DNA of 64,000 bases from an uncultured SAR86 cluster bacterium (lineage in GTDB: Bacteria; Pseudomonadota; Gammaproteobacteria; Magnimaribacterales; D2472): NCBI GenBank assembly GCA_902593675.1, contig CACJJI010000004.1, positions 77,529 to 141,528 on the forward strand, written 5' to 3'. The position numbers were made by a program, and so were the translations under genes. Of the stretch, positions 31,611-42,404 are shown piece after piece. The notes below the pieces were generated by a model that saw only the letters and a program-made list of their open reading frames with translations, did not search any database and had not been told where the DNA came from. The number at the start of each line of letters is the position of its first letter. Position 1 is the stretch's first letter.

Positions 31611-32745
31611 CATTGCAGTTATCATTCCTGCTGCAGGAAGTGGCAGTCGTTTTGGTGGCTCAACCCCTAAGCAATTTTTAAATATAGGAGATGAGACTGT
31701 CTTAGAGAGGTCTGTTAATTTATTTTTAGAAATCTCTAGCATCAAAGAAGTAATTGTTGCTATTAACGCAGATGAAGATTTAATTAAATCACAATCTTTT
31801 TATGAGAACCCAAGAGCTAAAGTTGTTTCAGGAGGTTCTTCAAGAAGTGAATCAGTATTTAATGGCTTAGCAGCAGTTGATGAAACTGTAGAGATTGTAG
31901 CAGTTCATGATGCTGTGAGACCTTGGGTTAAAAAGAATCATTTTGAAGATTTATTGACCCAACTCGGCAATGATGAATCTGCTCAAGGAGTGTTTCCAGT
32001 AATTCCAGTAACAGATTCGCTGCGAGTGAAAAAAGGTGATAAGACAATTCCAGTTGATAGAGAAAAATTTTTGCATGTTCAAACTCCTCAAATTTTTTAC
32101 CGTCAGTCTCTTCAGATAGCACTTGATAAGCTTAAAAAAGAAAATCTCCATTTGAGTGATGAGTCTCAAGCAATGGAGCATGCAGGATTTAAAGTTTTAG
32201 CAGCGCCTGGAGAAAGATCAAATATCAAAATAACTTACTTCGAAGATTTAGCTAGCTTTAGAAAAGACCTCAGGATTGGAAGAGGCATTGACTTTCATAG
32301 ATTTCAGCCAGGAGATGGCTTAACTCTGGGTAATGTCTTTATAGACTGCAAGCTCTCCATTGTGGCGCATTCAGATGGAGATATTGTTCTGCATGCCATA
32401 TCTGATGCTTTACTTGGTGCAGCGGGATTGAGAGATATTGGTTATTATTTTCCTGATACTGATGAAGAAAATAAAAATCTTAGTAGCGTAAAAATCATTG
32501 AAAAGGCATTAGGTTTATTAAAAGAGAAAGGTCTGCAGCCAAAAAATATTGATTTTGTGATTGTGTGTGAGCAACCAAGAATTGGACCTTATGCAGATCA
32601 AATAAAAAAATCTCTTGGAGAAATTTTGAGTATTGAACAAAGTTTTATTGGTGTTAAAGCTACTACTTCAGAGAAAATGGGAGTTATTGGTGATGGTAAT
32701 GGCATTGCTGTATATGCAATTGCATCTTTAGAAATTTTTTCATGA
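31594..32745 (+). CDS. ispDF: Bifunctional IspD/IspF fusion
   Basis: IspD motifs PAAGSGSR..PKQF, HDAVRP, QTPQ, NIKIT followed in frame by IspF motifs RIGRGIDFHR, HSDGD, DIGYYFPD, KATTSEK; AAGGAG RBS before ATG 31594. Confidence 0.93.
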   Translation: MSLKDNIAVIIPAAGSGSRFGGSTPKQFLNIGDETVLERSVNLFLEISSIKEVIVAINADEDLIKSQSFYENPRAKVVSGGSSRSESVFNGLAAVDETVEIVAVHDAVRPWVKKNHFEDLLTQLGNDESAQGVFPVIPVTDSLRVKKGDKTIPVDREKFLHVQTPQIFYRQSLQIALDKLKKENLHLSDESQAMEHAGFKVLAAPGERSNIKITYFEDLASFRKDLRIGRGIDFHRFQPGDGLTLGNVFIDCKLSIVAHSDGDIVLHAISDALLGAAGLRDIGYYFPDTDEENKNLSSVKIIEKALGLLKEKGLQPKNIDFVIVCEQPRIGPYADQIKKSLGEILSIEQSFIGVKATTSEKMGVIGDGNGIAVYAIASLEIFS

Positions 32746-33491
32746 ATATTTTGTTAACTAATGATGATGGCTATGAAGCATCTGGAATCACTGAATTATT
32801 TAACTCTTTAAGTTCTCAGCATAAAGTTTTTATAGTTGCACCAAAAGAAAATTGTAGTGGAATGAGCGCAGCAATAAGCTTACGAAAAGAAATTGAAGTT
32901 AAAGAAATTAATCAAAACATTTTTTCAGTTTCTGGAACTCCTGCAGATTGCTCATATCTTGGATTGTTATCAGTGATTCCTGAACCAGTTGAAATGATTG
33001 TTTCGGGAATTAATTTAGGAGCAAATCTGGGAGAGGATGTTTTCTATTCTGGGACTGTTGGAGCTGCTATTGCAGGAAGAAGGCTGGATTATGTCCCTGT
33101 AGCTTTTTCTGTGGCAGCGTACAATCCAACAAATTTAAGATTTATTTCTGAGCAATCATTGTTGATTACCAATCAGGTCTCTAAGCTTCCATCAGACCAA
33201 AATTTACTTGTGAATGTAAATTTTCCAGACTTGCCATCTTCGGAAATTAAGGGCACATGTATCACTTCACTAGGCAAAAGGGGCATCCCAGATACTCCAG
33301 ATCTCATCAGGGCTAAAGATTCTTCTAAATTTTATAGTTTTGGGCCATCAGGCTCACTTTTGCCTGATCAAGCAGGAACAGATATTCAAGCAATTGAGCA
33401 AAATTATATCTCTATTTCAATTCTTGATTACAACTTAAGTGCTGATTTTGTTAATTGGGATCTTTATAGAGAGGTTTTTGATTGTGAATAG
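32742..33491 (+). CDS. surE: 5'/3'-nucleotidase SurE
   Basis: ILLTNDDG, GTPADC, VSGINLGAN, YSGTVGAA. Confidence 0.96.
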   Translation: MNILLTNDDGYEASGITELFNSLSSQHKVFIVAPKENCSGMSAAISLRKEIEVKEINQNIFSVSGTPADCSYLGLLSVIPEPVEMIVSGINLGANLGEDVFYSGTVGAAIAGRRLDYVPVAFSVAAYNPTNLRFISEQSLLITNQVSKLPSDQNLLVNVNFPDLPSSEIKGTCITSLGKRGIPDTPDLIRAKDSSKFYSFGPSGSLLPDQAGTDIQAIEQNYISISILDYNLSADFVNWDLYREVFDCE

Positions 33492-34161
33492 TTCTGGTTT
33501 TACATTCACAAGAGTTAAGGACCAAATGATTCAACAACTTCTTGATATGGGAATTAAAGACTTTCGTGTGCTCGACGCTTTAAGTCAAGTCCCAAGACAT
33601 ATTTTCTTGGACCAAGCTTTGTGGAGCAGAGCTTATGAAAATAGAGCGCTAACCATTGGCTACAAGCAAACAATTTCTCAACCCTACATAGTTGCTCGAA
33701 TGACAGAGCTTTTACTCTCTAATACATCAAAAAGAGGAAAAGTTCTTAATCAAGTTCTCGAAATAGGTTCAGGCTGTGGTTATCAATCTGCAGTATTGTC
33801 ACACTTTGCAAAAGATGTCTTTGCGGTTGAGAGGATTAAGCCTTTGGTTGAAAAATCACGTGAAAAATTAAGTGAGCTAAAAATTAGAAACGTAATTGTT
33901 AAGCATGCAGATGGGTTTAATGGTTGGCACGAAGACTTAAAATTTGATGGAATTATTTGTGCAGCAGCCCCAAGACAATATCCTGATGAGTTGCTTGATC
34001 TATTGGTGGTTGGAGGAAAGCTTGTTATACCTGTTGGTCTAGAAGGGCAGCAAAAACTTTATGTTATAACTAAAAAAAGTGAAACTGAAAATGAAGAAAT
34101 AATCCATGAAGAGGTTGCATTTGTGCCAATGCTGCCAGGTGTTTCTAATGGAGAAATTTAA
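33484..34161 (+). CDS. pcm: Protein-L-isoaspartate O-methyltransferase
   Basis: VPRHIF, QTISQPYIVA, VLEIGSGCGYQ, GGKLVIPVG; GTG start with GAGAGG RBS. Confidence 0.95.
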   Translation: MNSSGFTFTRVKDQMIQQLLDMGIKDFRVLDALSQVPRHIFLDQALWSRAYENRALTIGYKQTISQPYIVARMTELLLSNTSKRGKVLNQVLEIGSGCGYQSAVLSHFAKDVFAVERIKPLVEKSREKLSELKIRNVIVKHADGFNGWHEDLKFDGIICAAAPRQYPDELLDLLVVGGKLVIPVGLEGQQKLYVITKKSETENEEIIHEEVAFVPMLPGVSNGEI

Positions 34162-34163
34162 GC

Positions 34164-34886
34164 ATGAATAATCAAATAAAATATTCTTTAGCTGGATTTT
34201 GCATGGGAGTTGCAGAGTTGATTCCAGGGATTTCAGGGGCCACTGTTGCTGTTATTTTTAAGATCTATCCAAACCTAATGATCATTTTAAGCAGGTTAAG
34301 ATTTAAATATTTCACTTTCAATCTTCAATCGCTTTCAAAAACATTTCAATTTAATGTGTCCTTACCTTTGATATTTTCTATGCTGATTGCTGTCATAGTT
34401 TGTTCTAAGGGCATTAACTACCTCTTAATTAATCATGAAGAATTTTTTCTATCTTCTTTGGGGTTTTTAATGATTCTTTTGGCCGTTCATATTATTAATT
34501 ATTTTAAAGGTGTATTTAAAGATAAGAGATTGGTGATTTTTTTATTTTTAGGAGTGCTTATTGGCTTTATTCTTCAAGAATTAAATATTAGTTCAGGTAA
34601 TATTTCCATCTTTTATATATTTATGAGTGGAATATTGGCTTTTTCATTTTTTTTAATACCAGGTATTTCTGGCAGTGCTATGTTGGTTGTTTTAGGAGTT
34701 TATGGCCCAGTTATTCAGGCTGTTGCAATGCTTGATTTTGGTTTGTTGATCCCATTTGCTATGGGCTGCTTGATCTCTCTTTTGCTATTACCTAAAGCAA
34801 TATTATCAATCTATTCTTCTCATGAGCATAATTTAATGCATATTTTTTCAGGCTTAATACTTTCCTCAGGCATATTTTTATTATGA
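34164..34886 (+). CDS. DUF368 membrane protein (undecaprenyl-phosphate translocase family)
   Basis: Repeated PGISG motif (MGVAELIPGISGATVA, LIPGISGSAMLVVLGVY); multiple TM helices. Confidence 0.85.
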   Translation: MNNQIKYSLAGFCMGVAELIPGISGATVAVIFKIYPNLMIILSRLRFKYFTFNLQSLSKTFQFNVSLPLIFSMLIAVIVCSKGINYLLINHEEFFLSSLGFLMILLAVHIINYFKGVFKDKRLVIFLFLGVLIGFILQELNISSGNISIFYIFMSGILAFSFFLIPGISGSAMLVVLGVYGPVIQAVAMLDFGLLIPFAMGCLISLLLLPKAILSIYSSHEHNLMHIFSGLILSSGIFLL

Positions 34887-35533
34887 GCTTATTTAACAAA
34901 AAAATATTAATTGTTTTAATTTTTATAGCTTCAAGCTGCTCTAGCCTAGATTCTTTCAGGCAGTCTTATAAAAATCTACTTCCTGCTTCTGATAAATCAT
35001 ATATTGTTCAGCCAGGTGATTCTATTTGGTCAATTGCAATAAAATATAATTTAGATTCAGGGCAGCTGATTAAAAATAATAATTTAAAAAAGCCATATAT
35101 TATTTATCCTAATCAGGAGTTATTCATCTCTAAAGTACTTGGTAAAAATATGTTCCAAGAAAAATCTCAATCTATTGAATGGCATCATCCTTTGGGAGGG
35201 AAATCAAACTTAGCTATAAAAGAGGATGCTTGGCTAATTTTTAAAGAGTCTAAAGGTGCGCCCATTCACTCCATAAACCTTGGAAAGGTAGTGGTCTCCG
35301 GTCCTGATATCCCAGGCTATGGAAATTTGGTAATGATTTCTCATCCTGATGGTTACTTAAGCTTGTATGCTCATTGCGATAAAATATTTGTTAATCAAGG
35401 GGATGATGTTAAAAAGGGAGCCATGATAGCTCAGCTTGGCAATTCAGAGGCGGCTTACCCAATGTTACGATTTCAGCTGAGAAAAAATGGACAACCTCTC
35501 AGGGCCGAAGCTTTAAATTCACTTTTTAATTAA
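34883..35533 (+). CDS. nlpD: NlpD-like lipoprotein (LysM plus degenerate M23 domain)
   Basis: Lipobox ASSC, LysM YIVQPGDSIWSIA, M23-like GYGNLVMISH..SLYAH; downstream of pcm. Confidence 0.8.
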   Translation: MSLFNKKILIVLIFIASSCSSLDSFRQSYKNLLPASDKSYIVQPGDSIWSIAIKYNLDSGQLIKNNNLKKPYIIYPNQELFISKVLGKNMFQEKSQSIEWHHPLGGKSNLAIKEDAWLIFKESKGAPIHSINLGKVVVSGPDIPGYGNLVMISHPDGYLSLYAHCDKIFVNQGDDVKKGAMIAQLGNSEAAYPMLRFQLRKNGQPLRAEALNSLFN

Positions 35534-35544
35534 TCAAAAATAAT

Positions 35545-35868
35545 TTACCGTTCAAGAAGATGTTTCTTTTCTTTAATTTCTGAAAATTCCTTGGCTTCGG
35601 GCAACTCATCTTTTTCTTCTGTTATATTTGGCCAAATTTCACTTAATTCAGCATTAATTTCAATAAATTCAATCTGATCAGAGGGAAGTTCATCTTCAGA
35701 GAAAATGGCATCTACCGGGCATTCAGGTTCACACAATGCGCAATCAATACATTCTTCTGGATGGATAACTAGAAAGTTTGGACCTTCGTAAAAACAATCA
35801 ACTGGACATACCTCAACACAATCTGTGTGCTTACACTTTATGCATGATTCTGTAACTATGAATGCCAT
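35545..35868 (-). CDS. fdxA: 7Fe/8Fe ferredoxin (FdxA type)
   Basis: [18 protein letters not shown] and [12 protein letters not shown]. Confidence 0.93.
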   Translation of the reverse strand: MAFIVTESCIKCKHTDCVEVCPVDCFYEGPNFLVIHPEECIDCALCEPECPVDAIFSEDELPSDQIEFIEINAELSEIWPNITEEKDELPEAKEFSEIKEKKHLLER

Positions 35869-35972
35869 TGTTTGTGGTGAAAAGTTAGATTAAAAAAGAT
35901 TTTAACAATGAGTAATGAACAAGTCAGCATGAATTTGATAATATTTGATTTACTTTTACCAAATTTGTAATA

Positions 35973-35992
35973 TACTGTACAAATATACAGTA
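35973..35992. promoter_or_regulatory. LexA (SOS) box upstream of recA
   Basis: TACTGTACAAATATACAGTA matches CTGT-N8-ACAG (35975-35990), just upstream of the recA RBS AAGGAG. Confidence 0.9.
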
Positions 35993-36004
35993 AAGGAGTT
36001 CATT

Positions 36005-37012
36005 ATGTCAGACAAAGATAAAAACCTAAGTGAAGCTTTATCACAAATAGAAAAACAATTTGGTAAAGGCACCGTTATGAAAATGGGAGACAGGGAGATT
36101 GTAGATATCCCATCTGTTTCAACTGGTTCTCTTGGTCTGGATATTGCTCTGGGAATTGGAGGTCTTCCAAAGGGAAGGGTGGTTGAAATTTTTGGGCCTG
36201 AATCATCTGGAAAAACAACATTAACACTTCAAGCCATAGCTGAATGCCAAAAAGCTGGTGGTACAGCAGCATTTATAGATGCTGAGCATGCGTTGGATCC
36301 AAATTATGCTGAAAAATTAGGCGTTAATGTAGATGAGCTTTTGCTATCTCAGCCAGATACTGGAGAGCAGGCACTAGAAGTAACTGATATGCTTGTTAAA
36401 TCAGGTAGCGTAGATTTGATTGTTGTAGATTCTGTTGCAGCTCTAACACCTCGTGCTGAAATTGAGGGTGACATGGGCGATCATCATGTTGGATTGCAGG
36501 CACGATTGATGTCGCAAGCGCTCAGAAAAATCACGGGTAATATACAAAGATCTAATGCTATGGTTATTTTTATTAACCAAATTAGGATGAAGATTGGAGT
36601 AATGTTTGGTAATCCAGAAACCACTACTGGTGGCAATGCGCTTAAATTTTATTCTTCAGTTCGTTTAGATATAAGACGAATAGGAGCTGTTAAAGAAGGT
36701 GAGGAAGTTGTGGGAAATGAGACAAGAGTGAAAGTTGTAAAAAACAAAGTTTCTCCTCCATTTAAGCAAGCTGAATTTCAGATCATGTATGGCGAGGGAA
36801 TTAATACCGAGGGAGAAATTTTAGAGCTTGGTCAAAAGCTTGAGTTAGTTGAAAAATCTGGATCATGGTATAGCCATAATGGAGAAAAGATTGGTCAAGG
36901 AAAGGTCAATGCAAGTAAATTTCTAAGAGAAAACACTAAAATCAGAGACAGCTTAGTTAAAGAGATTAGAAAGGCATATATACCTTCTGCTAAGAAAGCT
37001 GCTAAGAAATAA
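36005..37012 (+). CDS. recA: Recombinase RecA
   Basis: [42 protein letters not shown]; AAGGAG RBS before ATG 36005. Confidence 0.99.
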   Translation: MSDKDKNLSEALSQIEKQFGKGTVMKMGDREIVDIPSVSTGSLGLDIALGIGGLPKGRVVEIFGPESSGKTTLTLQAIAECQKAGGTAAFIDAEHALDPNYAEKLGVNVDELLLSQPDTGEQALEVTDMLVKSGSVDLIVVDSVAALTPRAEIEGDMGDHHVGLQARLMSQALRKITGNIQRSNAMVIFINQIRMKIGVMFGNPETTTGGNALKFYSSVRLDIRRIGAVKEGEEVVGNETRVKVVKNKVSPPFKQAEFQIMYGEGINTEGEILELGQKLELVEKSGSWYSHNGEKIGQGKVNASKFLRENTKIRDSLVKEIRKAYIPSAKKAAKK

Positions 37013-37076
37013 TTATTCTTAAACTTGTTATGCGAGCTGAAAATTGATTAAGATACTCTCAATATAGGAGAGAGTT

Positions 37077-38255
37077 ATGTCAAACAATGCATATATAGTA
37101 TCAGCCGTTCGCACAGCTGGTGGAAAGAAAAATGGAAGTTTAAGTCAATGGCATCCAGCAGATCTTGGTGCAAAAGTTCTAGATGAATTGGTTCATCAAT
37201 CAGGTATTAATCCTGAATTAATTGACGATGTTATATTTGGTTGTGTTGATCAAGTCGGCGCACAATCCGGCAATGTTGCTAGAAATGCAATTCTTGCTTC
37301 AAGCCTTCCAGAGTCTGTTCCTGGAACTTCAGTTGATCGGCAATGCGGCTCATCTCAACAAGCTATTCACTTTGCAATTCAGGCTGTAATGTCTGGAACT
37401 CAAGATGTTGTAATTGGTGGCGGAGTAGAAGTTATGTCTATGGTGCCGATAGGTGCAAGTATCAAAGATGGGTATGAAGCTGGCCATGGCTTACCATTTG
37501 ATTCAGATGGCATGAAAGAAAGATATCCTGGCATTTTCTTTTCTCAATTTACTGGTGCAGAGCTGATGGCAGAAAAATGGAATTTGTCTAGAGAGGATCT
37601 TGATAAGTTTGCTTTAAGCAGTCATCAAAAAGCAGCTGCAGCTGTTGAGGGCAAATTTTTTGATAGAGAGATTCTTCCAGTTCAAGCAAAAAATGCTGAA
37701 GGAAGAACTGATATGGTTCTAAATGACGAGGGCATTAGATATGATGCAAGCCTTGAGGCTCTATCAGGTTTGAATCCAGTTACTGAAGGCGGCGTCATAA
37801 CTGCGGGTAATGCCAGTCAAATTACAGATGGCGCTGCTGCACTTATGATTTGTAATGATGAAGGGCTTAAAAAAGTAAAAGCAGATCCAAGAGCTAGGAT
37901 CGTTGGAATTAGTGTTGTGGGAGACGATCCAATAATGATGCTAGGTGGACCAATACCTGCCTCACACAAAGTCTTAAAAGCTACCAATCTAAATATAAAT
38001 GATATTGATCTATATGAAGTCAATGAAGCTTTTGCTCCTGTTCCGTTATCCTGGGCAATTGAACTAAAAGCTGATATGGAGAAATTAAATGTTAATGGTG
38101 GTGCGATGGCATTGGGTCATCCTTTGGGTGCTACTGGAGCAAAGCTAATGACAACTTTATTACACGAGCTTGAAAGAACAAACGGTAAATATGGTTTGCA
38201 AGCAATCTGTGAGGGCGGTGGAACTGCTAATGCAACAATTATTGAGAGGATTTAA
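37077..38255 (+). CDS. Acetyl-CoA C-acyltransferase (thiolase)
   Basis: DRQCGSSQQA, NEAFA, GHPLGATG, CEGGG. Confidence 0.93.
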   Translation: MSNNAYIVSAVRTAGGKKNGSLSQWHPADLGAKVLDELVHQSGINPELIDDVIFGCVDQVGAQSGNVARNAILASSLPESVPGTSVDRQCGSSQQAIHFAIQAVMSGTQDVVIGGGVEVMSMVPIGASIKDGYEAGHGLPFDSDGMKERYPGIFFSQFTGAELMAEKWNLSREDLDKFALSSHQKAAAAVEGKFFDREILPVQAKNAEGRTDMVLNDEGIRYDASLEALSGLNPVTEGGVITAGNASQITDGAAALMICNDEGLKKVKADPRARIVGISVVGDDPIMMLGGPIPASHKVLKATNLNINDIDLYEVNEAFAPVPLSWAIELKADMEKLNVNGGAMALGHPLGATGAKLMTTLLHELERTNGKYGLQAICEGGGTANATIIERI

Positions 38256-39536
38256 TTAGCTACTTTTGTAGTGCTCAAAAATAGTTGTAATATCCTCAAT
38301 CTTTCCAATAGAGCTTTGACCATCTCTGTGTTTAAGCTCTATTTCGTTATTTTGTAGATATTGTTTACCAATAATAATATTTATTGGAATACCTATTAAT
38401 TCAGCATCTTTCATTTTTATTCCATATCCATCTTTTCGGTCATCAAGCATTACCTCGTATCCCATAGATGATAATTCGTTATATAAATCTGTCGCAGCTT
38501 TTGCAATTTTTTTATCTTTGTCGAAACCTATAGCAACAATATTTACTTCAAACGGAGTCATAGCCTCAGGCCATATGATCCCTTTTTCATCATTGTTTTG
38601 CTCAATTGCTGCGGCTACAAGTCTTGATACTCCTATCCCATAGCAACCCATAAAAAGGTTCTTTGCTTTACCTTCATTATCAAGAACATTTGCTTTCATA
38701 GCATCTGTATAAACTTTACCAAGTTGAAAAATATGTCCGACTTCAATTCCCTTTTTGATTTGAATGAGGCCTTTTCCATCAGGAGATGGTTTTCCTTGAA
38801 GAGATTCTAGATTCTCTCCTTCTTCGAGTAATAGTTCAGTGTTAATTGCAAAGTCCGAGGAGTCACTGACTGCAATAGTATCTTCACCATTATCTGCTAA
38901 AACATGAAATTCTTCTGATGCATCGCCACCAATTGCCCCTGAATCTGCTTTAACAATTTTAAATTTTAAGCCCAACCTATATAAAATTTTTTTATAGGCT
39001 TCTTTCATTGCAAGATATGATTCATTTAATGATTCTTCATTTAGATTAAAGCTATAAGAGTCTTTCATTAAAAATTCCCTTCCTCTCATTACCCCATATC
39101 TTGGCCTCACCTCATCTCTAAACTTGGTTTGGATTTGATAGAGGTTTAGAGGCAATTCCTTGTAGCTTTTCAAATTATTTCTGATTAAGTCTGTTATTAC
39201 TTCTTCATGTGTTGGGCCTAGGCAAAAATCTCTTTCATGCCTATCTTGAATTCGTAATAGCTCTGGACCCATCTTTTCCCATCTTTGAGTTTCTTCCCAT
39301 AACTCTTTAGGTTGGACCATTGGCATAAGAACTTCTTGTGCTCCAGTCGCATCCATTTCCTCTCGAACAATATTTTCTACCTTTTTTAATACTTTCAATC
39401 CAATAGGAAGCCATGTATAGATTCCTGATGTAACTCTTCGTATCATTCCTGATCTAAGCATCAGTTGATGGCTTATAACTTCTGCATCTTGAGGAGTATC
39501 CTTCAAAGTGGGTAAAAAAACTTTAGACCAAAACAT
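38256..39536 (-). CDS. proS: Proline--tRNA ligase, short form lacking the editing (INS) domain
   Basis: [37 protein letters not shown]; only 426 aa. Confidence 0.96.
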   Translation of the reverse strand: MFWSKVFLPTLKDTPQDAEVISHQLMLRSGMIRRVTSGIYTWLPIGLKVLKKVENIVREEMDATGAQEVLMPMVQPKELWEETQRWEKMGPELLRIQDRHERDFCLGPTHEEVITDLIRNNLKSYKELPLNLYQIQTKFRDEVRPRYGVMRGREFLMKDSYSFNLNEESLNESYLAMKEAYKKILYRLGLKFKIVKADSGAIGGDASEEFHVLADNGEDTIAVSDSSDFAINTELLLEEGENLESLQGKPSPDGKGLIQIKKGIEVGHIFQLGKVYTDAMKANVLDNEGKAKNLFMGCYGIGVSRLVAAAIEQNNDEKGIIWPEAMTPFEVNIVAIGFDKDKKIAKAATDLYNELSSMGYEVMLDDRKDGYGIKMKDAELIGIPINIIIGKQYLQNNEIELKHRDGQSSIGKIEDITTIFEHYKSS

Positions 39537-39591
39537 TTTTTATATTTGAATTTTCATTTAGTTTATAATTCTATATTTTTTTTACAGACTT

Positions 39592-39882
39592 ATGCCGATT
39601 TATGAATATAAATGCTTGAAATGTGAGCATCAATTTGAAGTTATACAGAGATTTTCAGATAATCCTGTTGAAAGTTGCCCTGAATGCTATAAAAAATCAG
39701 TACAAAAATTAGTTTCCGCTCCTTCATTTAGATTAAAGGGAGGAGGCTGGTATGAAACTGATTTTAAAACTGGCTCCAAAAAGAATATAGTAGATACTAA
39801 GAATGAAAAAGCAAAACAGCCCAAAGAACAGACTAAAACTGCTGATAAACCAAAAAACAAAAGCTCGGATAAAGAAACTTAA
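39592..39882 (+). CDS. FmdB-family zinc-ribbon protein
   Basis: MPIYEYKC..C..H, CPEC, FRLKGGGWYETDF; usual position before aspS. Confidence 0.9.
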   Translation: MPIYEYKCLKCEHQFEVIQRFSDNPVESCPECYKKSVQKLVSAPSFRLKGGGWYETDFKTGSKKNIVDTKNEKAKQPKEQTKTADKPKNKSSDKET

Positions 39883-39897
39883 ATAAGAGAGAGAAAC

Positions 39898-41664
39898 ATG
39901 CGTTCACATTTTTGCGGAGACATTAATAGTTCAGACATTGGTAGCAATATTGAGATTTCTGGATGGGTTCATAAACGAAGAGATCACGGAGGTGTAATTT
40001 TTTTAGATATTCGTGATTTGCATGGAATAGTCCAAGTTGTCTTTAATCCTGATTTGAAAGAAGTTTTTGATACCGCAGATTCTTGCAGAAGTGAGTATGT
40101 TGTTCATATCGAAGGATTAGTAACAAAGAGGATTGAAGGTGCCATAAATCCAAAAATGGCTACTGGAGAGATAGAAATTGAAGCAACCAATTTAAAGATT
40201 TTTAGTTCAGCTATTACTCCTCAATTTCCCCTTGATGACTATCAAGATGTTAATGAAGATGTAAGGCTCAAACATAGATTTTTAGATTTAAGACGTCCTG
40301 AAGTTAATCAAAGGTTGGTCAAAAGATCGCAGATCACTTCAAAGATAAGATCTGTTTTAGAAAAAAATAATTTTCATGAAATTGAGACTCCAATATTGAC
40401 AAAAGCTACACCTGAAGGAGCAAGAGATTATCTAGTTCCAAGTAGAGTGCATCCTGGTGAGTTTTTTGCATTGCCTCAATCTCCTCAGCTATTTAAACAG
40501 TTGCTAATGATTGGCGGGATGGATAAATACTATCAGATCGCTAAATGCTTTAGAGATGAAGATTTGCGAGCTGATAGACAGCCTGAATTTACTCAGGTTG
40601 ATATTGAAGCTTCATTTGTTTCTACTGAAGAAATCATGGACCTTGGAGAGGACTTGGTTACCTCATTGCTTTCTGAATTTACTGACTATCAAAAAACAGA
40701 AGTACCAAGAATTACATACAAAGAATCTATTGAAAAGTACGGATGTGACAAGCCAGATTTAAGAATTCCACTTGAACTTAATGACATTTCTGAGCTTGTG
40801 AAAGATGAAGAATTTAAAGTATTTTCCGGCCCTGCAAATGATCCTGCTTCTCGTGTTGTAGCTTTAAAGGTTCCAGACGCTGCATCTTTGACAAGAAAAA
40901 AAATTGATGAGTACACTGATTTTGTTGGCAAACTAGGCGCTAAAGGTCTCGCGTATATAAAAGTTGTAGATCTTGATCAAGAAAATGGACTTCAGTCACC
41001 AATTCTTAAATTTTTTCAACAGGAAACTATTGATTCAATTCTTTCTTCTATCAATGCGCAAAACAATGACATAATTTTTTTCGGAGCTGGAAAGGCTGGA
41101 ATTGTTAATCTCTCAATGAGCTCACTGATAAAAAAACTTGGTGAAGACTTAAGTTTGATTAATTCTTCATGGGCGCCGTGCTGGATAGTAGATTTTCCTA
41201 TGTTTGAAAGAAATAAAGAAAATAATCTTACATCTTTACATCATCCATTTACCTTACCAGCCGTAACAATTGATGAGTTAAAAAATGATCCAGATAATGC
41301 ATTAGCATGCGCATATGACTTTGTTCTAAATGGATATGAACTTGGTGGTGGATCTTTAAGAGTCTATGAACCCTCAATGCAAAAAGAGATATTTTCTATG
41401 CTCGGAATTTCTTCTAATGAAGCGAAGGAAAAATTTGGATTCCTTTTGTCAGCATTATCATCTGGATGTCCACCTCATGGAGGCATTGCATTTGGTTTAG
41501 ATAGAATTGTGATGTTGCTATCTAACACTACTAACATCCGTGATGTTATTGCCTTTCCAAAAACGCAAAGCGCATCTTGTTTGCTTACAGATGCTCCCGG
41601 CATAGTTTCTGATGATCAACTTGACGAGTTGAACATCAAATCAACCTTTGAACCGGAGCAATAG
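39898..41664 (+). CDS. aspS: Aspartate--tRNA ligase (probably non-discriminating Asp/Asn)
   Basis: [49 protein letters not shown]. Confidence 0.98.
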   Translation: MRSHFCGDINSSDIGSNIEISGWVHKRRDHGGVIFLDIRDLHGIVQVVFNPDLKEVFDTADSCRSEYVVHIEGLVTKRIEGAINPKMATGEIEIEATNLKIFSSAITPQFPLDDYQDVNEDVRLKHRFLDLRRPEVNQRLVKRSQITSKIRSVLEKNNFHEIETPILTKATPEGARDYLVPSRVHPGEFFALPQSPQLFKQLLMIGGMDKYYQIAKCFRDEDLRADRQPEFTQVDIEASFVSTEEIMDLGEDLVTSLLSEFTDYQKTEVPRITYKESIEKYGCDKPDLRIPLELNDISELVKDEEFKVFSGPANDPASRVVALKVPDAASLTRKKIDEYTDFVGKLGAKGLAYIKVVDLDQENGLQSPILKFFQQETIDSILSSINAQNNDIIFFGAGKAGIVNLSMSSLIKKLGEDLSLINSSWAPCWIVDFPMFERNKENNLTSLHHPFTLPAVTIDELKNDPDNALACAYDFVLNGYELGGGSLRVYEPSMQKEIFSMLGISSNEAKEKFGFLLSALSSGCPPHGGIAFGLDRIVMLLSNTTNIRDVIAFPKTQSASCLLTDAPGIVSDDQLDELNIKSTFEPEQ

Positions 41665-42402
41665 ATGGCTGGACATTCCAAATGGGCAAATATCAAGCAT
41701 CGAAAAGCAAGGCAGGATGCTTCCAGGGGAAAAATCTGGACTAAGGTTATAAGGGAAATTACAGTTGCTGCAAAAGGCGGCCCTGATCCAAATGACAATC
41801 CAAGACTCAGATTGGCTTTGGACAAAGCGAATGCTGCAAATATGCCTAAAGATACAATTAAACGTGCAGTTCAAAAGGGCTCTGGAACAGGCGAAATGGG
41901 CGCAATAGAAGAGCTTACTTTTGAAGGCTATGGCCCTAATGGTGTTGCTATTCTTGTGGAGACAATGACGGATAATAGAAACAGAACTGTTGCTGATGTC
42001 CGTCATGCTTTTTCAAAATTTGGAGGAAATATGGGTACAGATGGTTCTGTTGCCTATCTCTTTAATAAGCTTGGAGTTGTGCATGTGGATCTATCTCATG
42101 ATGAAGATCAAATTATGGAGATTGCATTAGATGCTGGAGCAGACGATTTTATTGTGACGGAAGACTATTTCGAAATTATTTCCGCCTCAACAAATTTATC
42201 TGCTATTACTGAGGCTTTTAAGAAAAAAAATATTGAAACATTGTTAGCTGAAAATACTATGAGAGCAGAAACATTGGTTAGTCTAGATCAAGAAGCATCT
42301 GAGAAAGTTCTGAAAATCATGAACTTTATGGATGACCTTGATGATGTGCAAGAAGTTCACACGAATGCTGAATTTCCCGAGGACTTTACTGAAGAGGATT
42401 AA
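41665..42402 (+). CDS. yebC: YebC/PmpR family protein
   Basis: MAGHSKWANIKHRK, EGYGPNG, TDNRNRT, DDLDDVQEV. Confidence 0.96.
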   Translation: MAGHSKWANIKHRKARQDASRGKIWTKVIREITVAAKGGPDPNDNPRLRLALDKANAANMPKDTIKRAVQKGSGTGEMGAIEELTFEGYGPNGVAILVETMTDNRNRTVADVRHAFSKFGGNMGTDGSVAYLFNKLGVVHVDLSHDEDQIMEIALDAGADDFIVTEDYFEIISASTNLSAITEAFKKKNIETLLAENTMRAETLVSLDQEASEKVLKIMNFMDDLDDVQEVHTNAEFPEDFTEED

Positions 42403-42404
42403 TT

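Noticed and set aside
35200-35400. NlpD as a pseudogene because the M23 zinc motif is degenerate
   Set aside because: Degenerate LytM domains are normal for NlpD-type amidase activators, and the ORF is intact.
41641-42006. 121 aa antisense ORF over yebC, and the many other short shadow ORFs in the track
   Set aside because: They lie within well-supported housekeeping genes and have no recognisable domains or RBS.
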